This document shows positions 1 through 9,284 of a stretch of DNA of 64,000 nucleotides, piece after piece. Numbering within the stretch: the stretch's first letter is position 1; the number at the start of each line of letters is the position of its first letter. The notes beneath the pieces were generated by a model. That model searched no databases. It was not told the DNA's origin and was given only the letters and a program-made list of their open reading frames with translations. This stretch comes from Myxococcota bacterium (GTDB taxonomy: Bacteria > Myxococcota_A > SURF-8). The position numbers and the translations under genes were made by a program. Location of the stretch: NCBI GenBank assembly GCA_965140415.1, contig OZ223209.1:1248001-1312000 (forward strand), given 5' to 3'.

Positions 1-2
1 CC

Positions 3-392
3 TGGTTGACGATTCTTCACAGCAGCCCGGTGCATTTGTGGCTGCGGCGACGCGGCAAGCGCAAGGGCGACTTGTTGGAGTTGTATCATACGCCGCTTTC
101 AAATTTACCCATACCCACTCTAGCCGAGCAGGATTGGCAGCACCTGAATGATTTCGGTCGGCGCAGCTTGCAATTCTGCAAGGATTTGCAGGCAAAAACG
201 ACGCTTACTGTTCCCTGGTATCGAATCTGGCAGCAAGAGCGGCTTACATTTGCAGGTATGTCCACCTGGATGCAAGAGTGGCAGCAGGTGGAAATTGTGA
301 TCGCCAGCGGTTACGGTTTGACTCCGAGTGAGCTTGCCGCCATCCGCAAGGCGCTTCCGCAGTTGCCGGATGTAGTGGGTGAAGGAAATTAG
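3..392 (+). CDS. 5'-truncated ORF; probable C-terminal (TaqI-C-like target-recognition) end of an Eco57I/type IIG-like N6-adenine DNA methyltransferase
   Basis: Open from the window edge. ILHSSPVHLWLRRRGKRKGDLLELYHTPLSNLPIP and terminal IVIASGYGLTPSELAAI resemble the ILNS...LPIP...ID.LVY.LYGLT.EEI pattern of this family. Catalytic motifs are not in the window. Confidence 0.5.
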   Translation, partial: WLTILHSSPVHLWLRRRGKRKGDLLELYHTPLSNLPIPTLAEQDWQHLNDFGRRSLQFCKDLQAKTTLTVPWYRIWQQERLTFAGMSTWMQEWQQVEIVIASGYGLTPSELAAIRKALPQLPDVVGEGN

Positions 393-435
393 GTCGGCTA
401 GTCGGGCGAGATATTTTACTACGCTATGTGGCTAG

Positions 436-2283
436 TCATCCCTTTTTCTTCAGATAAAGTTGCCACTGGTTCGCCCCCTCTACATGCACCGGGTGATGTT
501 CCAATAGCTCCATATCCGCCAGACTAGAGATGATCTGTAACGCCTGTTTGGAATGATGATTGCTGAAGTGTTCGTAATTGGGTTGCCCGCCCTGGCTGCG
601 AAGGCGTTGCATGACTTCCTGCGAGCGCACGACGCCAAACGCGATGTTATCCACCACCATCAGGCTGCCGCCCGGCTTCAACCAACGCAGCATGTTTCGA
701 TAAGCGCGGGATTTGTCGTAGAAATGATTGTGGCTGCGCATCACCAGAATCATGTCGAAGCGCTCCGCTTCAAAGTCGATATCCTCCACGTAACCGCGCC
801 TCAGGTGATCTTCGATGTCATGCTCTTTCAGAAATTCGAGCAGCACCTGTGGTGGATTCGGCTCCAACACGAAGTAGTTCATGCCGTGTTTGGTGATGCA
901 GTCGCTGAATTCCTTTGTGTAGCGGCTGGGACCGCCGCCCACATCGAGCAACTCGCCTTTTAAATGCCGGAAGAAGGTCGCCAGTTTCTGCTCGCTTAGC
1001 GCGAAATGCTCCTTGGGGTCGAATTCGTACAGCGCCGGGCACCAGGAAAAATCCGGGCAGGCGGTACAGACCGGATGCGGTGAAAGCTTGACCAGATCGT
1101 GCAGGAAATCTTCGTGGTAAAGGTTGCCGCTGCGGTCGAAGTAAAGCTGGCCGAAGTCCTGCTTGATCTGTCGAATCTGTTCGATGCTGAAGTCGGAACT
1201 GTCGGTGCGACACAGGCGCACCCGGCTTTTATCGCTTAGCAGCAGCAGGCGTTCGGGATCTTCCGGCTTCCATTGTCCGGAACGGATAGAGCATGTGTGA
1301 ATATCGAAATCCGGCAGTTCGCGCAACGGCTCGTAAACAAAGGAGTTACTGATCGGCCCCAGAAACGGCGTGAGCTCCTGCTCTCCGCGCGATTGCAGGT
1401 AACTTTCGTACACCCCAGGGCAGACTTGCTTCAAGCGGCACTCCGTACAAGCCGCGACGTGGCGCCGCCCCAGAAATTCCGCCGGCTGAAAGCCCTCGCC
1501 AAGCAGTTCGGAGACATCGGAAAGATTCTCTTCGCGCAGTTCATCCATGCGGTCAGCGTAATTGGGCAAGGCGCACAACGGCAGGCCACTGTTTGTAATC
1601 GTCAATCGGGCTTGTGTTTTCGGTTGATTGTCACCGAAGACATACAGTGCTGCCAGCGCATCCGCCGCCTCTGAAATCGTCGGCAGCAGTTCATCGAAAC
1701 GCGCGGGATCGATACCCGAGGGATTGGGAAAGACTGCCTCCAGAGTCAGCGGCGCAAAGGCGCGCAAACGCTCGGCCAGCGGCAACAAGTCGTTCAGGTT
1801 GGGCCGCGTCAATACGTACACGACCTTTAGTTCCAACCCGAGCTCGTGCAGCAGCTGCAATCCCGCCCAGCTTTCATCGAAGCTTTTTGACGCGGTAAGT
1901 TGGTTGTGCAGCGCTGCCTTGTTGGCATGTATGGAGAGCGTAACCTGTCGCAGGCCGTGTCGCTGCAATAATTCAACGTAGGTCCGATCCGACAAACGCC
2001 GCCCGTTGCTGATCAGACCCGAAGACATGTGCAGCTTTTCGGCCAAAGCCATCAGTTTGGGCAGGTCAGGGCGCAGGGTGGCTTCGCCGCCGGTAAATAC
2101 CACCTGGCGATAGCCCAGTTGGGAGGCCAGTAAGATCTTTTTAGCCAGCGCTTTGGTGTCCGGTTCCGCCAGGCCGCGATAGGCGGCGCAGTCGCAGAAG
2201 ACGCAGTCATTCTCGCAGCGCGCCGTTACCTGCAACTTGGCGCGAGGTCGCTGGATGCGCGCTCCCTTGGTGGCGGCGCTCAT
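436..2283 (-). CDS. Radical SAM protein fused to a C-terminal class I SAM-dependent methyltransferase domain
   Basis: CENDCVFC (CxxxCxxC), FTGGEATL and SNG motifs. Two further Cys clusters (CTECRLKQVC, CTACPDFSWC). C-terminal LLDVGGGP, FDMI and LKPGG methyltransferase motifs. GGGAG RBS before the ATG at 2283. Confidence 0.85.
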   Translation of the reverse strand: MSAATKGARIQRPRAKLQVTARCENDCVFCDCAAYRGLAEPDTKALAKKILLASQLGYRQVVFTGGEATLRPDLPKLMALAEKLHMSSGLISNGRRLSDRTYVELLQRHGLRQVTLSIHANKAALHNQLTASKSFDESWAGLQLLHELGLELKVVYVLTRPNLNDLLPLAERLRAFAPLTLEAVFPNPSGIDPARFDELLPTISEAADALAALYVFGDNQPKTQARLTITNSGLPLCALPNYADRMDELREENLSDVSELLGEGFQPAEFLGRRHVAACTECRLKQVCPGVYESYLQSRGEQELTPFLGPISNSFVYEPLRELPDFDIHTCSIRSGQWKPEDPERLLLLSDKSRVRLCRTDSSDFSIEQIRQIKQDFGQLYFDRSGNLYHEDFLHDLVKLSPHPVCTACPDFSWCPALYEFDPKEHFALSEQKLATFFRHLKGELLDVGGGPSRYTKEFSDCITKHGMNYFVLEPNPPQVLLEFLKEHDIEDHLRRGYVEDIDFEAERFDMILVMRSHNHFYDKSRAYRNMLRWLKPGGSLMVVDNIAFGVVRSQEVMQRLRSQGGQPNYEHFSNHHSKQALQIISSLADMELLEHHPVHVEGANQWQLYLKKKG

Positions 2284-2347
2284 AACAAGCACTCCCTACA
2301 AAGAGGACGCCTCACGCGCTTGCAAATGGAGAACGGGCAGTTCATTG

Positions 2348-4786
2348 CTAGTTATCGACGCCCCAGCTACCCGGCTCCGGTCCCATTTCGAAATGCAGGG
2401 TGCCGCCGGAGGCGATCATGTCGTGGGTGAACCAGGGACTTTCCAACTCTTCGCCGTTGAAGCTGACGCTTTGCACGTAGATGTTCTCCAGCGAGGCATC
2501 CGGTGCTTCGATTTTCAACACGCCGCCCGGCAGATTGATTTCGGCCTGCGGGAAGAAGGGACTGCCCACGATGTACAGGTCGCTGCCCGGCATCGGGAAA
2601 AAGCCCAGCGCGGAAAAGACGTACCAGGCCGACAAGGTGCCGCAGTCGTCGTTTCCGGGCACACCATCTACGCCGTCTCCGTACAGATGTTCCGCGATCC
2701 AGTGCACCCATTTCTGGGTCAGATCTGCGCGACCCACCCTGGCGAACAGGTAGGCGGCGTGAATGTCCGGCTCGTTGCCGTGCCAGTAATAGGTTGGTGG
2801 CAGCAGGCTGTTCAAGGTATAGCCATCTTCCAGTTCCTGCTGGCGTTCTTCGCGTTCGATGGCCGCCTTTTCGAAGAAGGTATTCAATTCCTGCGCCATC
2901 GTCTCATTGGAGCCGAAGAGTTCCGCCAGCCCTTCCGGGTCGTGCGGCGCCAGGAAACGATAATGCCAGGCATTGCCTTCCGTATACGCCTTGACCTTGC
3001 GGCCACCCGGCTCCACCTCCCGCTCGATTTCGAACTGCAAGGGATCGAAATCGTCCAGCCATGTACCGTCGGGGCGTTTGGCCCAAAAGAACTTGTAGTC
3101 GGAATGCCACAGGTTCTTGTAATTTTTCGAGCGCTGTAAGAAGATCTCGGCTTCGTCGGTCTTGCCCATGGCCGCCGCCATCTGGCTGATGGCATAATCG
3201 GCTACCGCGAATTCCTGGGTGCGCGCCACCGGACCGCCGGTATTGGTAGTGGCGTATCCAAGGTCGATGTAATTCTGGATGTCGCTGCGACCGGAATAGG
3301 GATGCTCCGGAGGAACGGGGGCGTTGGCGGTCAACAGCATGCCCTCGAAAGCCTTTTCCGCATCGAAATCGGTGATGCCCTTGACGTAGCTGTCCGCAAT
3401 CACGACATCCGCCGGGCTGCCGTTCATACAATTGGTGTAGCCTGCGCCCATCGGCCACTTGGGCAGGTAGCCGCCCTGCTCGTACATCGTGACCAGCGAC
3501 GTCAGCATGTCGCGCTGTCGCTCGGGTTTGAGCAGGGTCAACAGCGAATGCAGGGAACGGTAGGTGTCCCACATCGAAAAGTTCGTGTAATAGGTAAAGT
3601 CCTGTGCCTCGTGCACTTGCTTGTCGAAACCAATGTATTTACCGCTTTGATCGGTGAAGGTGTCCGGCATGTAAAAGGCATGGTACAAGGCAGTCGCCAT
3701 CATGGTGCGTTGCGAATCGGTGCCGCCGGTAAAGCTCACCACCGACAATTCCTGCTCCCAGGTATCTTCCAGCTCTTGCGCGGCGGTATCGAAATCCCAG
3801 TCCGGCATTTCAATATTCAAGTTGTTGCGCGCCTCTTCGATACTGACGTAGGAAATCGCCACCCGCGCCTCGACCGGTTCTCCGTCGGAAACGTCGAAAC
3901 CCAGATACGCGCCGATCGGCGTGCCGCTTACCTCGGTGGCGTCGGCAGTGACCGTCCAGTCTTTAAAGGTTCCGGTGGAGCTGAACGGACGATTGAACTG
4001 CATGACGTAGTACACCGACAGGCCGCCGTAACGCCCGGTAAAGCCGCCTTTGCCGGTCAGCCAGCCTTCGATGGTCTGTGTGGCGGAATCGATCGTGATA
4101 TCGCCTTCGGTCACTTCGGTGTCATCCACCGCGTGGTAGTGATCCAACAGCACGAAAACTTCTTTGGACTGCGCGCTTTGTGGGAAGGTATAGCGATGAT
4201 GCGCCGCTCGTGTGGTAGCGGTCAGTTCCACCCGGATGTCGGTGTCTTTCAATGTAACGGCGTAATAACCGGGTCGGGCTTCTTCCGTTTCCTTGTCGAA
4301 GAAGGACCAGTAGCCGTTGGGCTTGACGCTGTCATTGGTGATGGCGTTGGTGGTGGGCATCAGCATGACGTGCCCCAGATCCTGTGCGCCGACTCCGTAG
4401 AGGTGCGTGTGCGAAAAGCCGGTGATGATGTCATCGTCGGCATAGTAGCCGCTGCAATGGTAAAACGGCTCCGCGCCCAGTTCCTTGCGGGTGTCGGGGC
4501 TGGGATAGATCATGCCGAAAGGCGCAGTGGGGCCGGGTAAACCGCTGCCGACATTGAAGCCTGGACCGCCGGTGCCGATGAAGGGATCGACCCAGTCGAC
4601 CATGCGCAGGGGCGCGGCCTGTTCTCCCTCTTCTTCCGTGTCCGCCCATTCGCCATCGCCATCGACCTGATCGCCGTCAGTGGAGTCACCATCCACCGGG
4701 TCGTCACCGCCGTCGTCACAGGCGAACATCAAGAAGGGAATCATCAATAAAAGCAACATCCAAGACCATCGAATAGGTGCGAACAT
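2348..4786 (-). CDS. GH92 family alpha-1,2-mannosidase-like lipoprotein
   Basis: VDPFIGTG, PFGM, GFSHTH, SMWDTYRS, YTEGNAWHY, HGNEPDIH and PGNDDCGTLSAWYVFSALGFFP motifs. Lipobox LMFAC followed by a DGD linker. Confidence 0.92.
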   Translation of the reverse strand: MFAPIRWSWMLLLLMIPFLMFACDDGGDDPVDGDSTDGDQVDGDGEWADTEEEGEQAAPLRMVDWVDPFIGTGGPGFNVGSGLPGPTAPFGMIYPSPDTRKELGAEPFYHCSGYYADDDIITGFSHTHLYGVGAQDLGHVMLMPTTNAITNDSVKPNGYWSFFDKETEEARPGYYAVTLKDTDIRVELTATTRAAHHRYTFPQSAQSKEVFVLLDHYHAVDDTEVTEGDITIDSATQTIEGWLTGKGGFTGRYGGLSVYYVMQFNRPFSSTGTFKDWTVTADATEVSGTPIGAYLGFDVSDGEPVEARVAISYVSIEEARNNLNIEMPDWDFDTAAQELEDTWEQELSVVSFTGGTDSQRTMMATALYHAFYMPDTFTDQSGKYIGFDKQVHEAQDFTYYTNFSMWDTYRSLHSLLTLLKPERQRDMLTSLVTMYEQGGYLPKWPMGAGYTNCMNGSPADVVIADSYVKGITDFDAEKAFEGMLLTANAPVPPEHPYSGRSDIQNYIDLGYATTNTGGPVARTQEFAVADYAISQMAAAMGKTDEAEIFLQRSKNYKNLWHSDYKFFWAKRPDGTWLDDFDPLQFEIEREVEPGGRKVKAYTEGNAWHYRFLAPHDPEGLAELFGSNETMAQELNTFFEKAAIEREERQQELEDGYTLNSLLPPTYYWHGNEPDIHAAYLFARVGRADLTQKWVHWIAEHLYGDGVDGVPGNDDCGTLSAWYVFSALGFFPMPGSDLYIVGSPFFPQAEINLPGGVLKIEAPDASLENIYVQSVSFNGEELESPWFTHDMIASGGTLHFEMGPEPGSWGVDN

Positions 4787-4964
4787 GACTGATCCTTAGT
4801 AATGGTTACAAGACGCTCCCAGTGTACCGATTTTCACCGGAAAGTGAAGGGAGTTTCTTTGCTTTTGCCAGATTGCATATCCTCATCCGCTAGACTCTGT
4901 ACAAGCGGCGAGGCTTGTGATAGCGTTTGAGCGAGTTCGAAACAGACCACGACGAGGAGGAAGC

Positions 4965-6713
4965 ATGATCCGTATCGACCGTATCCTCATCGGCTTCTGC
5001 CTGATGGCCGTACTCGCCTGCGCTTATTCTCCTGCGATTCATGCACAACAGCAACCTGCGGCGCAATCCATCGAGTATGCCGCCTGCTGGTCAAACCCTG
5101 AGCTGGAATCCACCGGGGTCATAAATAGCGATTTGCTACTCTATGCGGCGATTCGCGACCTCGCACAAAGCGAGGGACCGCTTGAAAAAGCATTGATGGA
5201 AATTCAACGGGAGTTACTGCAACAAGGCCGGGACGCGCTGGTAAAACGCTTTAAAATCTGGAAGTTGGACGATGCCGAATTGCGCGCGGCGCTCACGGAA
5301 TTGATGCTGGAACTGGCTGTAATGACCCGAGCTTACGAGCCGCAACGGGAATTTCTGCTGAGCTTCGAGAAATCCGTTCAACTTCGTTTCACCAGCTTTA
5401 CTCGTGAACTGATGGCGGGTGAATGGCTGCCGCTGGTGCCTTTGCCACCATTGCAGCACATGCCCGATCCCGGCGCGATGGCGCAGTTGTATAGCCTGGC
5501 GCATCCGCTGAATATGGCCACGGAAAAGGGACGACTGATGGCGCTGCTTTGGCTGCACCTATTGCGTACCGAACCGGAATTGAAGCAGCTTTGGCAGCGT
5601 CGCCGGGCGCTTGTCGAGTTGGATGACCCTTCGGCCTTTCGCGACTGGAACCGGCTGGAAAATTCCCTGCACGGGCAACCGCTGGGCAGATACAGCGATC
5701 TTGCGAACCCGGAAGTCCGCCAGCGAATGTCGGCATATTGGAAACCGGAATCCACTGCCAGAGATCCCAATACGCCCACGGCGAGCATGGACCCCTTGTC
5801 GCTGCTGCCGCTGCACAATCATGCGCTGCACCGGGAATTGCTGATCCTGGTCGACTGGGGATTGCAGCCTTCGGGTGAATTACTGGCCGCCCTGGCAAGT
5901 AACGATGACACGCTGGATGGCGCAAACCGCTATCGCTTTCAGGCAGAACCGTTGCAGTTCGAGCAGGCGAGCGCCTCATTTGCCGCGTTACTGAAAAAAG
6001 CTCGCAAGCAGGGCGACTGGCTGGCATTGCTGGACAATCAGGACGAAAGCACTTCGATGGGTTTAGCTGCCAACACCGCGCTGGCATTGTGGACGCAGGC
6101 ACAAAACGTCCGCTTGGATGTTTCCAATATGGCAGATGTTTCTCTGCCGCCGTGGGTCGAAGTGAATGAGCCTCTTTACCGGAACGTGGCCGCACTGCTG
6201 CTTGCCAGAGCTTCGCGAAGCTTCGTGATGCAGCAGCAGGATAGGCGGCTTGTCGAAACGCTGAACGCGCGCGCCACCCAATGGGCGCAGTATTTTCAGG
6301 ATCTTGCCTTGCTGACAGCGGATGCGAGCGTGGCTGCTACGATCAACCTTGCGCCGCTTCCAGAAACATTGCGTTCACTTTCCGCTTTAAAAGAAGCGAT
6401 TGCAGCACCACCCTCCGGTCGTGCGGTGTTTTCCAGCACGCTGGCGCGTAAAGGCAGCGCTACGCTTTTCATGATCGGCGAGGCGCGCTGGAACTGTACT
6501 TCCGAAACCGCCATGCAGCTTGTTTCGCAAGACGGTGACGGTGACGGTGACGACGAGATAGAACAGGTGCGGCAGCAGATGCTGTCGTTGTCGGTTCCAA
6601 GGTTGAACTACTTACAAGAAGTGATGCCCTTGCAATCCGATCTGAGCCTGGGACAGCACCGGACTCATTCTAAAGAAACCACACCGAGCACGACGCCAAG
6701 CGCACAGGAGTAA
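4965..6713 (+). CDS. Hypothetical exported protein
   Basis: Long ORF with GAGGAGG RBS and N-terminal signal peptide. Stop is 6 bp before radA. No family recognised. Confidence 0.7.
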   Translation: MIRIDRILIGFCLMAVLACAYSPAIHAQQQPAAQSIEYAACWSNPELESTGVINSDLLLYAAIRDLAQSEGPLEKALMEIQRELLQQGRDALVKRFKIWKLDDAELRAALTELMLELAVMTRAYEPQREFLLSFEKSVQLRFTSFTRELMAGEWLPLVPLPPLQHMPDPGAMAQLYSLAHPLNMATEKGRLMALLWLHLLRTEPELKQLWQRRRALVELDDPSAFRDWNRLENSLHGQPLGRYSDLANPEVRQRMSAYWKPESTARDPNTPTASMDPLSLLPLHNHALHRELLILVDWGLQPSGELLAALASNDDTLDGANRYRFQAEPLQFEQASASFAALLKKARKQGDWLALLDNQDESTSMGLAANTALALWTQAQNVRLDVSNMADVSLPPWVEVNEPLYRNVAALLLARASRSFVMQQQDRRLVETLNARATQWAQYFQDLALLTADASVAATINLAPLPETLRSLSALKEAIAAPPSGRAVFSSTLARKGSATLFMIGEARWNCTSETAMQLVSQDGDGDGDDEIEQVRQQMLSLSVPRLNYLQEVMPLQSDLSLGQHRTHSKETTPSTTPSAQE

Positions 6714-6719
6714 GCCTAC

Positions 6720-8096
6720 ATGGCCAAAGCCAAGACCATCTACAGTTGTCAGAAATGCGGTTACCAGTCTCCCAAGTGGCTGGGACGCTGCCCGGATTGC
6801 CAGAGTTGGAACTCGTTGATCGAGGAAAGCGTGGAAGCCGCCGCACCTGCACCCACCCGGACACAGTCGGGTTGGGCCATCAGTGAGGAGCACAGCGCGG
6901 CGCTGCCCATAACCGATATCGATGTGACGGAAACACCCCGTATGGTCTGCGATTTAAGTGAGTTCGACCGCGTAACCGGTGGCGGCTTGGTGCCGGGTTC
7001 GGTGTTGCTGGTCGGCGGCGATCCGGGCGTCGGCAAAAGCACGTTGGCTTTGCAGGTATTGGGGAGGCTGGCGGAGCAGGGACAATCCGTGCTGTACGTT
7101 ACCGGCGAGGAATCTGCGCGGCAGGTGAAGCTGCGCGCCGACCGGCTGGGCACCTTAAATGAACGGCTTTTAGTTGCGGCGCAGACGGATTTGAACAAAA
7201 TCCTGGGCATGATGAAGAAACTCAAACCAGCGGTGGTGGTAGTGGATTCGATCCAGACTATGTACACCTCCGAACTTACCAGTGCACCGGGGAGCATCAG
7301 CCAGGTGCGCGAATCCGCCGCGCGTTTGCTTGCACGCTGCAAGCGCGACGGTGCCGCTTCGATGCTGATCGGGCACGTCACCAAGGTCGGTTCTCTGGCC
7401 GGACCGCGCGTATTGGAACACATGGTGGACTGCGTACTCACGTTCGAAGGAGAGCGCGGGTACCCCTTCCGCGTGCTGCGTGCGGTGAAAAACCGTTTCG
7501 GCTCCACAAACGAGGTCGGCGTGTTCGAAATGGGCGAGCGCGGCCTGGAGGAAGTGGTCAATCCCTCGCAATTGTTCCTGGCGGAGCGTTCGGTAGACGA
7601 GCCTGGCTCGGTGGTGACGGTATCCATCGAAGGCACGCGCCCCTTGCTGGTGGAAGTGCAGGCGCTGGTTTCGCCTACCAGTTTCGGTACGCCGCGTCGC
7701 ACCTGCATCGGCGTGGACCCCAACCGTGTGGCGTTATTGGCGGCGGTGCTGGAAAAGAAGGCCGGGCTGGATCTGATCGGCTGTGACATCTTCGTCAACG
7801 TGGCGGGTGGCGTGCGGCTGTCGGAACCGGCGGTGGATCTGGGCATTGCCTGTGCGCTGGCCAGCAGTTTCGTGGATCGTCCTGTTCCCGCCGATACGCT
7901 GATCGTGGGGGAACTGGGTCTGGCGGGCGAAGTGCGCTCGGTCGGGCAGCCGGAGCAGCGCCTGATGGAAGCGCGTAAAATGGGTTTTTCCCGCGCGGTC
8001 ATGCCCAGTTACAAACAAAAGGGGCTGTCGATTCCAGAGGGGATGCGCGTGACGGCGGTGCGGTCGATTCAGGCCGCCATCGATGAACTCTTCTAA
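6720..8096 (+). CDS. radA: DNA repair protein RadA/Sms
   Basis: CQKCG...CPDC zinc finger, GDPGVGKS Walker A, KNRFG motif, Lon-like C-terminal domain. Confidence 0.97.
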   Translation: MAKAKTIYSCQKCGYQSPKWLGRCPDCQSWNSLIEESVEAAAPAPTRTQSGWAISEEHSAALPITDIDVTETPRMVCDLSEFDRVTGGGLVPGSVLLVGGDPGVGKSTLALQVLGRLAEQGQSVLYVTGEESARQVKLRADRLGTLNERLLVAAQTDLNKILGMMKKLKPAVVVVDSIQTMYTSELTSAPGSISQVRESAARLLARCKRDGAASMLIGHVTKVGSLAGPRVLEHMVDCVLTFEGERGYPFRVLRAVKNRFGSTNEVGVFEMGERGLEEVVNPSQLFLAERSVDEPGSVVTVSIEGTRPLLVEVQALVSPTSFGTPRRTCIGVDPNRVALLAAVLEKKAGLDLIGCDIFVNVAGGVRLSEPAVDLGIACALASSFVDRPVPADTLIVGELGLAGEVRSVGQPEQRLMEARKMGFSRAVMPSYKQKGLSIPEGMRVTAVRSIQAAIDELF

Positions 8097-8110
8097 TTTG
8101 TGAGCGTTCC

Positions 8111-9067
8111 ATGATGACAGAAACGACTTTTCCCACATTGAGTGACATTCGCGCCGCGCATGAGCGCATCCGGCCTTTCATTCATCGCACGCCGGTCGTG
8201 ACCTGCCAAAGTTTGAACAAATTGGCAGGAGCGGAATTGTTCTTTAAATGTGAGAATTTCCAGAAGGTGGGCGCGTTCAAGTTTCGCGGGGCAAGTAACG
8301 CCGTGCGTTTGTTGACACAAGAGCGGGGCAGGGCGGGTGTGTGTACGCACAGTTCCGGCAACCATGCTCAGGCGCTGGCTTTGGCGGCCAGGCAATGCGG
8401 CTATGCAGCCTATATCGTGATGCCTGAGAATTCGCCTTCCGTCAAGGTGCAGGCGGTGCGCGGTTACGGAGCGCAGATCACGTTTTGCAAGCCGACTTTA
8501 CAGGCGCGGGAGGACACGCTGCAAGAAGTCGTGCGGCAAACCGGGGCGACGTTCATTCATCCTTACAACAATGCGGATATCATCGCCGGGCAGGGGACAG
8601 CGGCGGTGGAACTGTTGGAGGAAGTCCCGGAGCTGGACGTCGTCATGGCTCCGGTCGGTGGGGGCGGATTGCTTTCCGGCACGGCGCTGGCCGTACATTT
8701 TTTATCGCCGCAGACGCGCGTCATCGCTGCCGAACCGGTCAACGCGGATGATGCCGCCCGGTCATTGCATGCGGGAAGGCTGATTCCTTCCGAAAACCCG
8801 CAGACCATTGCCGACGGCCTGCGCACTTCGCTGGGCAGCTTGACATTCCCCATCATCCGGCAGCATGTCTCCGACATTCTCACCGTCTCCGAAGCCGGAA
8901 TTGTCCAGGCTTTGCGCGCCACCTGGGAACGCGCCAAGATCCTGATCGAACCCTCCAGTGCCGTCCCGCTGGGAGCTCTGATCGAGCAGGGCGAGGCTCT
9001 ACGCGGCCTACGCATCGGTGTGATTCTCTCCGGGGGAAACATCGATCTGGATGCTCTGCCCTGGTGA
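8111..9067 (+). CDS. PLP-dependent serine/threonine dehydratase (serine racemase-like)
   Basis: KCENFQKVGAFKFRGA PLP-lysine motif, SSGNHAQ, PVGGGGL, SGGNID. Confidence 0.92.
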   Translation: MMTETTFPTLSDIRAAHERIRPFIHRTPVVTCQSLNKLAGAELFFKCENFQKVGAFKFRGASNAVRLLTQERGRAGVCTHSSGNHAQALALAARQCGYAAYIVMPENSPSVKVQAVRGYGAQITFCKPTLQAREDTLQEVVRQTGATFIHPYNNADIIAGQGTAAVELLEEVPELDVVMAPVGGGGLLSGTALAVHFLSPQTRVIAAEPVNADDAARSLHAGRLIPSENPQTIADGLRTSLGSLTFPIIRQHVSDILTVSEAGIVQALRATWERAKILIEPSSAVPLGALIEQGEALRGLRIGVILSGGNIDLDALPW

Positions 9068-9125
9068 CGAAGAGCCCATCAAGTACTATATACCTAAACA
9101 AAAATAGAAGGCTAAGCCATACGTA

Positions 9126-9134
9126 TGATATAAT
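9126..9134 (+). promoter_or_regulatory. Extended -10 promoter element (TGnTATAAT) upstream of the SIR2 gene
   Basis: TGATATAAT at 9126-9134 in AT-rich DNA about 150 bp before the ATG. Confidence 0.45.
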
Positions 9135-9233
9135 AAACCATATTATTTATGGGAAATAATCCATGAAACATACGTCTCTTGCTAACTTTGCGGATGGAAC
9201 AGATGTCTGGTCTAAATCTTTCTGCATGAACTA

Positions 9234-9262
9234 GTAGAGCATGTCGGAAGACATGTTCCAAC
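9234..9262 (+). repeat. GTAG-type REP-like palindrome
   Basis: GTAG-AGCATGTC-GGAA-GACATGTT-CCAAC. Its reverse complement closely matches 31967-31994. Confidence 0.7.
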
Positions 9263-9284
9263 ATTAGGAATCTAGGAGAAAACA

